NCBI RefSeq assembly: GCF_009914755.1
Contig: NC_060931.1
Origin: the human T2T-CHM13v2.0 reference genome, Homo sapiens
DNA length: 64,000 nucleotides
Reading direction: 5' to 3' (one strand)
The position numbers were made by a program, and so were the translations under genes. The notes below the pieces were generated by a model. The model was given only the letters and a program-made list of their open reading frames with translations, had not been told where the DNA came from and made no database searches. Of the stretch, positions 1 through 16,229 are shown one piece after another (position 1 is the stretch's first letter; each line of letters opens with the position of its first letter).

Positions 1-1440
<1,440 letters not shown>

Positions 1441-1658
1441 AAATAGTATGTATAAATTTACTGAGGTATGAAAAAGTATACTATTTTCTGGGGTTACCCA
1501 GTTTGCTACTATTGGAACATACCATTCAGAGTTAGAAGATAAAACTGGAGAGGTATTTAGAAACTCAATTACAAAAGATCCTTTATGCCAAAACAACAAA
1601 AAAAGTCAGCCATGACCATCACTATTTATTGAACATCTACAGAACCAGATGCATTAAA

Positions 1659-1972
1659 ATTTTTTTTTTATTTTAATTTTTTTTTTTTTTTTGAGACAGA
1701 GTCTCTCTCTCACTCAGGCTGCAGTGCAGTGGTGTGATCTCAGCTCACTGCAACCTCCTCCTCCAGGGTTCAAGTGATTCTCCTGCCTCAGCTTACTGAG
1801 TAGCTGGGATTACAGGTGCACACCACCATGCCCAGCTAACTTTTGTATTTTTAGTAGAGATGGGGTTTCGCCGAGTTGGCCAGGTTGGTCTTAAACTCCT
1901 GACCTCAAGTGATTCACCTGTCTCGGCCTCCCAAAGTGCTGGGATTATAGGCAGGAGCCACTGTGCCTGGCC
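1659..1972 (-). mobile_element. AluS element
   Basis: Poly-T followed by antisense Alu dimer ending GCCTGGCC. Confidence 0.95.
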
Positions 1973-2099
1973 CAGATGAATTTTATAGTCATTGCCTCTC
2001 TTTACTATAAGGAAATAATAAACAGTCAGTAATGGGCTTAATGTCAGGGAGACTACGAACTGGCTTGAAATTTAGGAAGATTGTTTTGCCAAACTTGTT

Positions 2100-2410
2100 A
2101 ATTGGTAAAAAGCAAGAATGAGAAAGAAGGCAAGATAAGAAGCTATTTTAGTAGTTCATATAAGAGATTATGATGGCCTGAAGCAAGACTGTGATAGAGG
2201 GAATGGAGAAAAGTGGAAGGATTGAAGAGTTAGTTAGAAGGTGGCAGGAATCTAATGGTTGAAAAGGAGGAGTTAAGAATCGTACCCAGGTTTCTGGCTG
2301 GGGAGCCCCGTGGATTGTGTTGCCATCCTTCAAGATAAGAAATACAAGCAAGAAAGCAGGCTATAGGAGAAGATAGTGAGTTTCATGACAGATGTGTTGA
2401 ATTGTAGGCA
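2100..2410 (-). mobile_element. L2 fragment
   Basis: Purine-rich antisense L2 motifs (gatggcctgaagc...aatggagaaaagtgg...cccaggtttctggctgggg). Confidence 0.6.
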
Positions 2411-2534
2411 TTTTAATTTTTGAAGTAGGTAAGGATAAGGACATGCTTAAGAATTTATGTCATACAATTTTATAATGTTAAGTCATTAAATTTTCTTCTT
2501 CCTGCTGGATATCTCTAAATGGGAGGGCCTTGTC

Positions 2535-2875
2535 AGTTCCTCATCTTCTCTCCAAAGCCAGATTTTTCTTCTGTGTTCCCAGTTTTAGTTATTGGCATCA
2601 ACCAATAGTCAGGAACTTAGGACAGCAATCTTGAAGTCATTTTCAATGTTCTGTTTCCCTCACCTTATGTGTCCGGTCAGTTGCCAAGTGCCATCAATTC
2701 TAAGTCTGCAATATCTCTTTTACCTCTGCTCATTTCTCTTGTCGTTGTGTCTGCTCTATATCATGCTCTCATCATTTCTACCCTGGAAAAGCTCAAAAGC
2801 CTGGGATTCTCTGCATGCCTCTAGTCTCCCCTTCTTCCAGCCTATTATTGACTAAGCCCCCAGAACAATCTTCCT
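2535..2875 (+). mobile_element. L2 fragment
   Basis: Pyrimidine-rich sense L2 motifs (ctcatcttctctccaaagcc...gtcagttgccaagtgcc...tcatttctaccctgg). Confidence 0.55.
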
Positions 2876-3907
2876 GTGTGATAAAGCATGCTGCCTTCAT
2901 GGAGCCTGTTTCATTTCTTTGTATTAATAGTAGCATTGGTGGGACGACTTCCCTCCATCCTCACTCAGGGGAAGTTTCATTAAAATGTTGTTCACAGTTA
3001 GGGTCTCTCTGTGTTGAGATGGATGTGAAGAAACTCATTGTTAAAAGAAAAGCAAATAAAGTGATTAAAGTTTTCATAAAATCAAATCTGAAGGAATGTA
3101 ATAGAAATGGGTTATGGCTTTCATCAGTAAGGTGTTGGTATGTGCTTGTCAGTTTTTTACAAAGCAGAGGGAACAGGGAATAGAGTGAATGTGGAACTTG
3201 AACCTCACACTAAGGAAGTTTTTGTATAATTTTCCCACAATGCAACTGGCTCTGGGGAAATTTCATTCATGTACACAAAAGAAGTATTGCAGCAAAATTC
3301 AATAAGGTTTTAAGTAAGTTTCTTAACACCAATAAAAATAAAAATGCTAGATAACAGGAATAACAATATTGGAAACTGCGTAGAAAGCCTATTCGTAGAT
3401 GTAATTTTACTTTTGAACTATGATGGGAGAGGGGGATGAAAGTGAAGTCCAATACTCAATTTTGGAGAGGGTGCTTACAACTTGGATTCCTAATCCTGAA
3501 GAGAAGGATGGCAGCTCAATACAGAATCTGTTTGTGAGGCACTTGTTACATTGCTGTATGTGGTGGTCTGTAAAGTAGGCTTACAAGGATCTTCCCTCAT
3601 TTAGGTTTCTACTGACCTCACCAAACTTTGGTCTATTTGGGCAGTAGGCAGTAGCTTGGAGAAAGGGAACTGCATGCTTTGGAAAGCTCCCTAACAAAAT
3701 TCATTATACATTGCTCTATAGAAGTATATAGCGTTCAGCTCAGACAGGTCTATTGAAGATAGGAAAGATCTGAAGGGCAATCACAAAACAACGTTTAGCC
3801 TAAAAAGAAAGAAATGTTAAATCAGCTAAAATAAGTATACATAGACAGTTTATGTTGAGTATACAGAGAAGCATGACATTTTAGAATAGATACATTGATA
3901 ATATTAG

Positions 3908-4270
<363 letters not shown>

Positions 4271-4305
4271 TAATTCTATATCATTACCGTACATTGTCTG
4301 GAACT

Positions 4306-4415
4306 AGGGTGACCATTTAATTTATCATTGAAATTAGAACTCTTTTGAGAGTAAAAGGAAGTGCTATTACTGATTGTACCTGGAGCACAGGTGTGTCCAG
4401 TCCTGTCCCAGGTGA
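4306..4415. mobile_element. hAT-type MITE fragment (MER96-like)
   Basis: Starts TAGGGTGACCAT...CTTTTGAGAGTAAAAGG...GTCCTGTCCCAGG, resembling the recalled MER96-family consensus. Confidence 0.5.
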
Positions 4416-4559
4416 AGTAGAAGGTGTGGTTACTGGAGCTATAAGGCCCTATGCGTCCTGGCTCCCTGGTCCCTGCTTGTCCCTGCCACACTAACTGCTT
4501 GTTTTTTCCATCTTCCACATCTGACCTTTTTCTCTTTCTTGACTGGTCTAGGTTTGTAC

Positions 4560-4770
4560 TTGCCCCCAGATGAGCTCTTCTTCCCAGCACATTGACATTT
4601 GTGTTTCATAGCATTGAATAGTATTTGAAAATTTTTGTTTTATATTTGTTTACTTGTTTCTTCATAAAATGGAAAGTGGGGACTGTGTTGATCTCATTCA
4701 TTACCCTACTTCCAGTGCTTAGCACAGGGCCTATTTGTAATGTTCAAAAATGTTCTTTGAATAAATAAAA
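4560..4770 (+). mobile_element. L2 3' end
   Basis: ccagtgcttagcacagggcc...tgttcaaaaatgttctttgaataaataa, the typical L2 terminus. Confidence 0.6.
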
Positions 4771-5114
4771 GCAAGTTAACTATTTTAACTTACGTGATCA
4801 ATTCCTGATGAATTATATGTCATGGTGTTAAAAACAAAGTTATTTTAGGAAAAAGAACCTTGGTATAGGAGGGAGAGAAATCTATGTATTGGATTAAGCA
4901 TTCACTGACTGTCCTTCCCTCCTTGATACTTCTATTTCCAAATCTGTTAAGTGGAGATAATATGTGCATTGCTCATTTTGCCACTATTAGCATAAAATAA
5001 ATGTTTGGGAAAGGACTGTGCAGAGTGTTAGGGGGCATTTTATGACTAGAAGTATTATTATATATTTTCCATTCCTCTCCCCAGTTAAAATATTGCTATT
5101 TTCCAACCTCCCCA

Positions 5115-5185
5115 TTTCTGTTGAGAACTCTAGTACTGAAGTTTTCTGTTGAGAACTCTAGTACTGAAGTTTTCTGTTGAAAACT
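5115..5185. repeat. 28-bp tandem repeat x2.5
   Basis: TTTCTGTTGAGAACTCTAGTACTGAAGT twice identically, plus partial third copy. Confidence 0.95.
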
Positions 5186-8100
5186 TCAAAATTCTTAACC
5201 CTACCCATTCTTTTGTTCTTGATATGGAGTTAATTTTATAAGTCCTGTTAATTCTTCCTTGGAAACATCTCCAGTTTCAGTTTTTATTACCACTACTTAA
5301 CACCCACCCCTAGTGTCATCACTTTTTTCTAGATTGCTATGAAAACATTTAACATGTTTGTTTTCTCTTCTCCATCGAGCTCACCAAAGACAGGTTAATC
5401 TTCTTTAAAAGTGATGTTTGCCAATAACCTTTAGTGATCCCCATAGCTTATTTGATAATATCCATATTTTTAAGCCTAGCCTTTGACTTTAGTCATGTTA
5501 ATTCTGCATCATGTACATCTCCTTGGTTTCTTATTAGTACACTCATTTCTGTCTTTTTCTTTTGTCTCTCATTCTACCCCAGAATGCCCTTTTGCTCAAG
5601 TACCTTGTACTCTAGGAAGCGTTTCCTGACAATACACTCTAAGTTTGACCTCAACATACGTTAGGAATTTCTTGTTCTTATTTTCTCTCACATAAACCAT
5701 TGCATACCTATTTGAGCTTCTACCTACTGAGAACCTACCATGTGCCAGAATAACATACTAATAAGCATTGCTAATCAATACAGAGCAACCCCAAATAAGT
5801 ATTAATCCAGTTATTTACTAACTTGTATTGTTATTTAACTGTTGTATATAAATATGTTTCCATTATAAAAATTTCAAAAGCTTTCAGAAGGCAAGACTCA
5901 TGTCTCATACTTCTTTACTTGCATATACTATTAGCAATATTAATTTCTCACTTTTACTTGTTAAAATGGCATGCATATTTTACATTTCCTAAAGGCTGAC
6001 ATTTCTTATCATGGGCACACTTGATACCTATGGATTTGTGTGCTAAAGAACTTTAATGGTCCAAGAAGTTCTTATCTAAACAATTAAATTGGAATGACAA
6101 AAGTTCAGTGAATTTGGTATTTTTCTTGTAATCTTTCATTATTCAGGAACAAGTTTATAGACATAGGATTTATGTGGTATTCACCCTGCCACCCAACAGA
6201 TCAATATGCTGGTTTATCGTCATGCAAAGATAATTTCAGTATAACACTGGAGTACTTTGAGCAGCATAGCAGATATATTTTTTCTTGTAGTACTGGTTAC
6301 TTCAAACCCTGGGGCTCACAGTGGTTTGAGGTTAATGAAGTGTTGCATTCTTATTAACCATGGTAATCTTATGGTGTCACAAAATAACAGGCTTTCCTTG
6401 CCATATGAGTTTTTCCCCTGCCATATGATTTTGCAGTATTTTTCAGTTTGCAAATATTGCATGCATTGTTTGACCATATTCCCAGAAGTTGCTTTGTGAT
6501 AGTCAAGTTTGCCTGAAGTAATACTAATGGCATTTACAGCTGTATGTAATATGAATTCAACTCATGAAAGTTATCACTGATCTGTTTAAATGAAATATTT
6601 TAACTAGTATATTTTTGCAGGTATTTGCTTTAGGAGAAGCTCCTAAGAAAAAATGATTCAATCTTAAAAAGGCCAAAATCTAAATGAATATTTATGTTTG
6701 GACATTAATTATGTCATTCTGCCAGACCAGTTTTTAAAAATTATCAGACACACCTTCACTAAACTTTGTTAGACAACTTCAAGTTATATATAAGAATAGA
6801 TTAAGTTATTAATGTGATTTACTGCTTTAAAAATTGTTGAATTTTGATCTCTCTCTCCATGACAAATGTATTATTTGGAGACTTCACTTAGAAAAGAAAA
6901 AGAGGAATTTATGACTTCATCAGAAGCCTCATTAGGGAATATGTTTGGCTTTCATGTTGAGTTGTCTTTTTTTCCTTTTCTTTTTTTCTGCTGTTGTTTG
7001 TTCCCAAGAAATTCACAGTCTTTGAACTCACATAATTTGGGGGATTTCAAATACTGTATCATTCAACCACAGCTGTTTTAGATATGCCACAAATTGTAGT
7101 TCTATGAACTTGATTTTTTCCCCTGAACATGGAGAAAAAGCAAATAATAAAGAAAAGAAAAGGGGGAAAATTTAAATTGTCTCCGTAGTAATTAAATAAC
7201 TCATACAGCCAAAGTGCTATATTTTAGTAGTAACTACCTTGTTTTTAATGTGACATCAAAAGCTGATGGTTTGTTTCTCATTTAGTGCAGATGTGAAATA
7301 GTCTACATCTCTAGAACGGTTTAAAAGAAATTATGGTCATGGTAGAGAGATTTAATTTGGGTCTACTCCATGAACTTGAGGCATTTTCCCCACAAAGAAC
7401 TAGCAGATGAATTTAGGTACATTAAAGAAATGATTATAGACAGCTTATACAACGTCTAAAACTTGGGAAACCATCCCTCTGTTTAATTTTTTAAATTCCT
7501 CTCAGATCTCATTTGTTAATAACCCTATTCTTACTCATTTTTATTCCTTGCACTTACCCAGCTTTCTGCTTGGGATAATTTTCAGTGTGATAGAATCCAC
7601 TTGACTCCTTCTTCCTATGCCCTTTCAGTATAGTATTGAAGAGGAATTCATTATATTGAATGAATGTTCTTAAATTTGTTTCACTTACTTCCTCTCTAAT
7701 AATCCATTTTCTTCTCAGTTTGAACTTTAGGTATGGGTAATAGATCAGGAATTGGGGAGACCTTTGTTCTAAATAATTGGAATGACCATATTTGTCAATT
7801 AGAGAGATATGTAGACCAATGGTTATAAACCAGAGTACTAGAAATTCTTGTAGAACATCAGGGAACATGTATTCTGAAGTTTGTAACTGGAGAGTCTGAT
7901 TCAGTAAGTCAGAAGTGGCCCTGTGAATGAGTACTGTAAATAATCATCTTAAATAATACTGTAAGGATTGGTCTTTTGTTCCTTTGTAGATTGACCTCCC
8001 AAAAGTTCTACCTTTAGTTAGATTGTTTAGTTGAATTTATAAGTAAAAAATAATGGCTTAGGCTAAATTAAAATTGTTAACTGGACTATTTACAGATCCC

Positions 8101-8609
8101 TTACTAGGTATTAGATGTTATAACTGGGTAAGATAGAGAATGCAAGGAATTTCAATATGTTTTTCCTGGAAAAAACAAAACAAAACAAAATTACACACAA
8201 GAAGATGTACATCTGGGCCGAAGATGCTTTTAGAGTGGCAGCTTCTTTGTTGTAATTTGAACCAAGTAAATGAGACTAAAGGGGAGAATGTAAACTGAGA
8301 AGAGAAGAGGGCTGTGGAATCCTCAGGAAGTACAGTCTTTAGTGTCTGGTTAAAGGAGAAAGGGTCTGAAAGGGAGATTGTGGACTAGTTGCTAGAGAGG
8401 CAGGAAGAAGACGAGAAAGATATGTCATGACTATCAGGCCAAAGGAAGGTTTCCAGAAGGAAATAGTCAAATGTGCTGAAGCTGTTGTAAGAGGTCAAGA
8501 AAAATGATACAAGAAAATTGGCTTTAGCAAAGGAAAGAAAAGGGATGGGAGTGGGATCGGGGGTGGAGCGGGGTGGAGTAGGGAGAAGGTTCTTACATCA
8601 AAGCTTTAG

Positions 8610-9136
<527 letters not shown>

Positions 9137-11287
9137 TGATTATAACAGCCATTCTTACTAGTTTCTTGTGTATACTTTTATATTTCTTTTTACAAAATCC
9201 CAGAGAACTCTTTTAATAGCTTTTTAGTCCTGTGAAAACCCCACTTTTTCTTTATTCACATTTTACGGAGGCTAACCATACAAGAGAATAACCAAGTAGT
9301 AATAGGTTGAAGTTTCTCAGCCCAGACTTTAGAAGGCCTTGAGTCAGTGCATCTGACTGTATGATCAGTTTAATGTTAAACATATGTCCCAAAATAGACT
9401 AGCCTGAGCATGAAAGGTAGTCCTAAAGTTCATATTTTATTACTTCATTTTTCTGTATCTGTTATTTCTAGAGCATAAGCAGTTTGTATGAGGTTGAGCA
9501 TAACAGAATGTATGTATGCTGAGTGTGACTTTGAAGGACAAAAATTTTGTGATATATTAGTCCCTATAAAGGAACTTCGTAGCTCAATACTCTACCACCT
9601 AGACTTGAATTTTATTTAGCTTCCTTCATTCCTAATGTGTACTGTGTCATTTTGGGACTGTGGAAACCTTGGATTCTGATCTAGACCTTGTTTCACCCCT
9701 TTTGCTTTCGTTTTGCAAGACTTGGAGGGGAGACGGGAACATCAAGGACTCTGAAAAATGTGTGGTTGAGGTGTTTTGCCTCAGATGTTGGGAGGGGTTA
9801 AGGTGCGGGAGAAGATACAGGCTGAGAGAGACTGAGCAGACAACTTGGCAGCAGTCCTGGAAGTGAAAACACTCCTGGAAATAGACTGGTGATTCTCTGA
9901 AGTCTACCCCATCCCCAGTTCTCCCACACAGCAGAGGTTGTCTGACTCTGAAACACCAGCTCTGTAAGTACCATAGTGCCTTCACTCTAATGGAGCTATA
10001 GCCCTGCCTTTCATAGGCTGAGACTTACTTAGGAAACTGAAATCTAAGGTATCCAGGTTCTTGCCACACAGTTTTGAGAGGCTGACAAGTAAGTGTCTTG
10101 AGTTGACTGAACATCCTGTGCTGGACCTCTCCGACAGTGGAAGCTTGAGTCAGCCATGCTTTAGCAAGGGGGTGGGGCAGATTTGGGGATTTGTATAAAT
10201 CAACTTTATGGAACCAGGGATTAAGGTACAGGTTAGGATTTGAACTTGGAATGAACTAATAAAGAGTAGATATGTAAAAGAAAGGTGAAGTGACCATGAC
10301 CCATCACCCAGGCTGTGCCTCCTTCACCAGTGCCAAATAAGAGGGTCTTTTATGAGTAGGACTGTAAACTGAGGTCTGCTGTTTATATAAATTAGATGAT
10401 GGAATCAGTCTTGGTTAGTTAGATAGCACAGTTGAAAATGTAAGGTCCGAAGACCCCAAACTTTCCCCCATAAGTTACAACTGGATTTAGATGCTGACAT
10501 CATCTAGATATGGTTTTGCAGCCTTAAGAAGTTGGCACTTTTACTCGACCCAAACCTTACTGAGTCAGGTTGTCAGAGGGGTGGGCAGTATGACCTGATT
10601 GGCTATAGGGATTTATATTCCAGTTTAGAAAAGATTTTAATAAAATATGCTTGTGCCATGTGGCAGCAAATTCACATGCACATAACCTGACTATACAGTC
10701 TCCAGACAAGGCCTCTGGAATGAATGTAAGTATTCCGTTAATCCCAGTATAACTCACACTATGAATGTACAAATGTTACCGTGGGAGCTAGCACTAGTTT
10801 AAGGGGTAGATGACCCAGGAAAGTTGCGAGCCAGTGTATTGTGACTGTGATATGGACTGTTGGTGGAGTACATAAATAGAACATTACCTCTGACCCTGTA
10901 TGTGCGTGTATAAATTGATTACAACAGAATCCCATAGTAACATGGAATTTAAGAAAATCATTTGTGTTATAAGGGGACTCCTAAGTCCAGATAATCAAAA
11001 ACAAAACACCTGGGATTTTCTGAACTTCTTGCCTTCCTGGGCTTGTACTGGGACTCAATATAATGTCACCCATATGAAGTTCTCTATGGAAATCTATAGG
11101 AAGTTTAAAAATACGTGTATGAGCTAACATCTATAAAAATGTTAAGTGAATAGGCAAAAATTTTGTAAGTGATATTCTAATTGCAGTTTGGAATGCTATC
11201 ACTTATAAAATAATTCTTTAACAATACCATAGGTCTTTACAATATAACTTGTTATCATTCTTTGAATGATGTGCAAAGAGCTATGGC

Positions 11288-11585
11288 GCTGGACGCGGTG
11301 GCTCATGCCTATTACCCCAGCACTTCAGGAGGCCAAGGCAGGCAAATTGCTTGAGCCCAAGAGTTTGAGACCAGGCTGGGCAACGTAGGGAGACTCCATC
11401 TCTACAAAAAATACAGAAACTAGTCAGATGTGGTGGTGCACACCCGTGGTCTCAGCTACTTGGGAGGTTGAGGTGGGAGGATTGCTTGAGCCCAGGAGGT
11501 CATGGCTGTAGTGGGCCATGATTGTGCCACTGCCCTCCAGCTGGGTGACAGAATGAGACCCTGTGTCGAATGAATGAATGAAAAT
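11288..11585 (+). mobile_element. AluJ element
   Basis: J-type GGGAGGATTGCTTGAGCCCAGGAGG; (GAAT)n tail; TSD AAAGAGC(T/C)ATGGC. Confidence 0.93.
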
Positions 11586-12251
11586 AAAGAGCCATGGCTT
11601 TGTCTGTGTTTGCAACATAATACAGACTAATGTTAGTCTTACCCAAGATACAATAAAACTTTATTAACACACAGCAATATTCCTGAAAATGGCTTGTGAA
11701 TTAATGGTTTTTAAAATAAAAGTGAGATATTAGGCTAATGAAGATATAATTTGCTGAAAATATCTTAGTGACTTGAACAAACTTGTATGACCCTGACAAG
11801 ATGTTATATTAGGGCCCCAAATTCTTTTTAAATTAAACCACTCAGGCAGTGTAATTGAGGAGAATTTCTTTAACTTGCATCCTCTGGTAATTGTTTCTGT
11901 TCTTATTTTCCTTTGGCAATTGTGTAGATGTTGAAGATGGTGGAGTGACTCCTCTGCACAGCTGGCAGGGTGCTTGCAGTCAGGAGCATGCATTAGGTGG
12001 CCCTTGAGGGTGAGTGGAGCAATCTGCCTGAGACTGTTCATTATTGTAAAGTTTTGGAAACCAGTGTCTTCAGATTCACACTCACCCTTGCTTGTATGAA
12101 GTCACATGACAGTTCACATTTGAGATGGCATAAGAAGGGCATTAACTTCCCAAATTCCCTGTGCATCAGTGTGAAAGAGAACCCAAAATGTCCTGTGCAG
12201 GTCTTTCTTGCTCCTTCAAGTGGAAGTAGTTCAGTTCCATAGATTAGGGAA

Positions 12252-12520
12252 TTTTTTTTTTTTTTTTTTTAGATGGAGTCTCACTCTGTCACCCAGGCTG
12301 GAGTACAGTGGTGCAGTCTCAGCTCACTGCACCCTCAGCCTCCTGAGCCAGCTGGGACTACAGGTGTGTGCCACCACACCTGGCTTATTTTTGTATTTTT
12401 AGTAGAGATGGGGTTTTGCCATGTTGGCCAGGCTGGTCTTGAACTCCTGACCTCAGGTGATCTGCCCGCCTCGGCCTCCCAAAGTGCTGGGATTACAGGT
12501 GTGAGCCACCGCACCCGGCC
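12252..12520 (-). mobile_element. AluS element with internal deletion
   Basis: Antisense Alu; lacks ~30 nt of right arm near 12333. Confidence 0.93.
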
Positions 12521-13117
12521 AAGGGGGATTTTTTTTTCTCCTTTCAGTTTAGTTGCCCTAAGTATGATTATAAAACTATACTTTTTCTTTACCCTGCCCC
12601 ACTTTTTTCTGCTTCTATGTTTTAAAAAAAAAATAGCCATAACAGGCTTTGCTGCCATAGAGCACTTACATATCCATGTTTCTTCTATTATGAAAGGAGG
12701 AGTGTTGCTTGGTAGCAGTAGCGGCTGTGGGTGTTAGATGGCAGATGGGGGACTGCAGGGTTGCAGCTGCAGTCCTGCAAATATTGTTAAAATAAACTTC
12801 CATTGGAAATTGACTGGTCAAATAGAGTGTTGTGATGAAGCAGAGCTGAAAGTCTAATGTGAAAAAGAGGAAAAGCATGTATCTGAGCCATGTAAACTTT
12901 TATGCAGACCAGTATTGATGTGATTTCTTGGCAGGGAATTGGTGGGCTGTAAGTCTGAGAGGACTCAAGGGAATGACTGGAGAAAAGTATCACTAATAGA
13001 GTATTTTGATGGAAGAGAAAACAATTCCTTTATTTATTGTAAGAATGTTTCATGTCACAAACTAATCTTGTGTGACCCTGTATATGTGCCTTACTCAATT
13101 AAAGGTACATTTGGTGG

Positions 13118-13420
13118 AGGGAATGGCTCACACCTGTAATACCAGCAATTTAATAGGAGGCTGAGGCAGGAGGATTGCTTGAGTCCAGCAGTTTAAGATC
13201 AGCCTGGGCATCATAGTTAGACCCCATCTCTACAAAACATTAAAAAAATTAGCTCGGTGTGGCAGCACATGCCTGTTATCCCAGCTACTTGGGAATTTGA
13301 GACAAGAGAATCACTTGAGCCCAGGCGGTCAAGTCTGCAGTGAGCTGTGATTGTGCCACTGTACTCCAGCCTGGGCAACAGAGCAAGACTTTTTTAAAAA
13401 AAAATTTTAAATAAAATAAA
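13118..13420 (+). mobile_element. AluJ element
   Basis: Diverged Alu dimer; flanks aaaggtacat/aaaggtgcat. Confidence 0.9.
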
Positions 13421-13909
13421 GGTGCATCTTACCTTTATCTTCTCATTTGCTGCAGATTCTTACATGTGTATGTGATGAAATTTGGATGTGATAGGTTTGC
13501 ATATTGGATGCTACTTTGGCGTGCACTTGTACACTATAAACAGTTTTCTTGAAACTGCAAAAGGGCCAAATGAATGTGGATGATTCTCATCAGGAGAGTT
13601 GCGGAAATTTGTGGGGATGTGTTTTCTAATGTAGTTGAGTCTGAGACGTATTCATAATGAAATACATTATTTAACATAAATTATAGTCTTATTTTTTCTT
13701 TATATTACTCAGAGCATAATACTTGTTTTGAAATTATGTGTGGGGGCAGGTTTTACCATGTTAATTCACTTCAAGTTTGTAAAGAGAGCCTTATAAATTT
13801 ACTATAAAAATGGGGACTTTTGAGATCCACTTATCTTGGTAATAGTTAACTAGGACTTCTTAAATTGTTTAACTCTGTACATTCAGAAGAATTTCTTGTA
13901 TCATTTAAA

Positions 13910-14574
13910 CTGTAGTACTGTTATTTGCTGTTATTTAAGTTCTGTAAAGTCACAGAAAACACTGAATCAGTGCATATAGAACCATTGTTGTTTGCAAAAT
14001 ATGGCATTAGGTCCCTGCCAGCCTCTGGTCACATTTTCATCAGTAAATCATTATATAACCATGTTTCACGTGTGTTTCTTTTTAAAGACACTTTAATGTA
14101 CATTTTTGATTCATTAACTTTGAACTCATGGCTAGTATACTGCTATAGCTCATACCTGAATGAAGCTTATTTGATACGAATATTTTCTCTATAAGGTACA
14201 TCACGAGTATTTTCTCCGTAAGGCACATCACAACCTTCTTGCACTTAGGAACACTAGACAGCACTTTGGCACTGTGCATAGGAGATATTCTCAACAGCAA
14301 AATCACCAACAAAAAGCACAAACTTACAAAAAGTATGGCACTAAGTGGAGTGAAGAAAGGACATTTGCTTACAGAATAAGAGCTGAAAAATGAAGGAAAA
14401 GTGCACCTTATTTGACCTCAGCTGGGAACGTGCCCATTGGGCAACTCAAAGTTTTTGTCACTCTGACCTGTCAGCAAATGCCAAAAAAGCTCTACAGATT
14501 TGAGGTAACAAATAAGTTTTAGCAAGTGGGCAACTTTTCAAATATTGAAATCCACGAATAATGAGAATTGACTA
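13910..14574. mobile_element. TcMar-Tigger DNA transposon (MER82-like)
   Basis: ttctgtaaagtcacagaaaacactgaatcagtgcatatagaaccattg...gaataatgagaattgact matches recalled MER82 consensus and terminal repeat. Confidence 0.7.
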
Positions 14575-14884
14575 CAAGTAGTTTTGCCAAAAATTGTAAA
14601 TTATGGAATAACCTGTGTAGTCACTTAAATGCTTGCAGAATCTGGAGAATTAATGAGAACTTTTGATGTGGTATAACATATTAAAATGACTTTACTGTAA
14701 CATCTTTGATTTAAATAATGAAATTAACCACATTTGTATAATGTCTTATAAAATTTTTATAGTACTTCAGGTACATAATTAATTTGCTCTGTAGTTGAAA
14801 AACTATGATTCTGACAGATTAAGTAAGTGACTTACCACTGTTGACCTGCCTAATATGTTGTGGAAATGAAACTGGAGCCCAAGT

Positions 14885-15198
<314 letters not shown>

Positions 15199-15842
15199 CA
15201 AGTTGCTTTCATTTTTAATTCACTCTTAATTTTTCACCTTTTTCTAGATAGCTAGTTCAGAATTATTCTAGATATATACATCTTAGTAAGTATGGTGATT
15301 TAAAATTACTTTGGACAACTTTAAGTTTACTTTTTTTAAAAAAGGAATTTTCAAGATTGTTAGGTACCTGCCTGTTTTCAGGGGCTTTGATGACTTATTC
15401 CAAGAAAATGGAATTGTCTGTTGTGACTGGAGTCATCACTGGATTAAGCTGACAATAAACTACTGTTATTCTTCAAGAAACATCCATCTTCTGCACAGAC
15501 CAAAGTAGTGATTTAATTTGAGTGCACAGCTCGGTTGTACTTTGTCTTGGGATGTGAAAAGCCAGAAAGAATGTCACTCCCATAGTGATATCACTCCCAC
15601 AGAACAATAAGGATAAAGACAGATAATCTACACAATTTCAATTTTTTTAACCTACTAGACAGCTGAGATTGATAACATCTAGGTAGTCTAAAATTCAAGG
15701 AAAAAAAATAGGCTTTTCCATGTGGAGAAGAGAAATAAGCACTGGCTCATGTGGTCACTACTTTTTCATCCTACAAAGAGATTCACTAGTTAATAAGCCT
15801 AGGCAAGGGCACAGTACTCCAATCAACTTTATAGAAATGTAT

Positions 15843-16224
15843 TGTTATGGTCCAAATTGTGTCCCTACCCCCAAGTTCATGTGTTAAAGTCCCAAACCCC
15901 AGCACCTCAGAATGTGACTGAATTTGGACACGGTGAAGTTAAAATGAGGCCTTTTGGATTGGCTGTCATACAATCTGACTGGTGTCCTTATAAGAATAGG
16001 AAATTTGGACATACTTAGCGGTATTTGCACAGAGGAAACACTGTGTGGATACAAAAGGTGACTAGACCGCAAGCCTAGGAGAGAGGCCTCAGAAGAAACC
16101 TACCCTGCCAACACCTTGATCTTGCATTCTTGCACTTCCAGCCTGCCTAACTGTGAGAAGATAAGTTTCTGTTTAAGTCATCCAGACTGTGGTATTTTGT
16201 TATGGCAGCCCTAGTAAACTAATA
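15843..16224 (+). mobile_element. MaLR solo LTR (MLT1A/B-type)
   Basis: TGTTATGG...AATTGTGTCCC...CTCAGAATGTGACTG...TTTTGTTATGGCAGCCCTAGTAAACTAATA. Confidence 0.85.
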
Positions 16225-16229
16225 TTTTA

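Noticed and set aside
5115-5185. CRISPR-like 28-bp repeats
   Set aside because: Units are directly adjacent with no spacers; human intronic context; no cas genes.
9600-10900. More GC-balanced stretch with overlapping ORFs 9647-9985 and 9660-9866
   Set aside because: No recognisable protein homology or exon structure; may be an ancient LTR or regulatory DNA, but I cannot assign it.
12640-12900. Possible CTCF site or conserved hairpin (GGACTGCAG-8nt-CTGCAGTCC, 12750-12775)
   Set aside because: Only partial motif matches and a 9-bp stem; cannot be supported without conservation or ChIP data.
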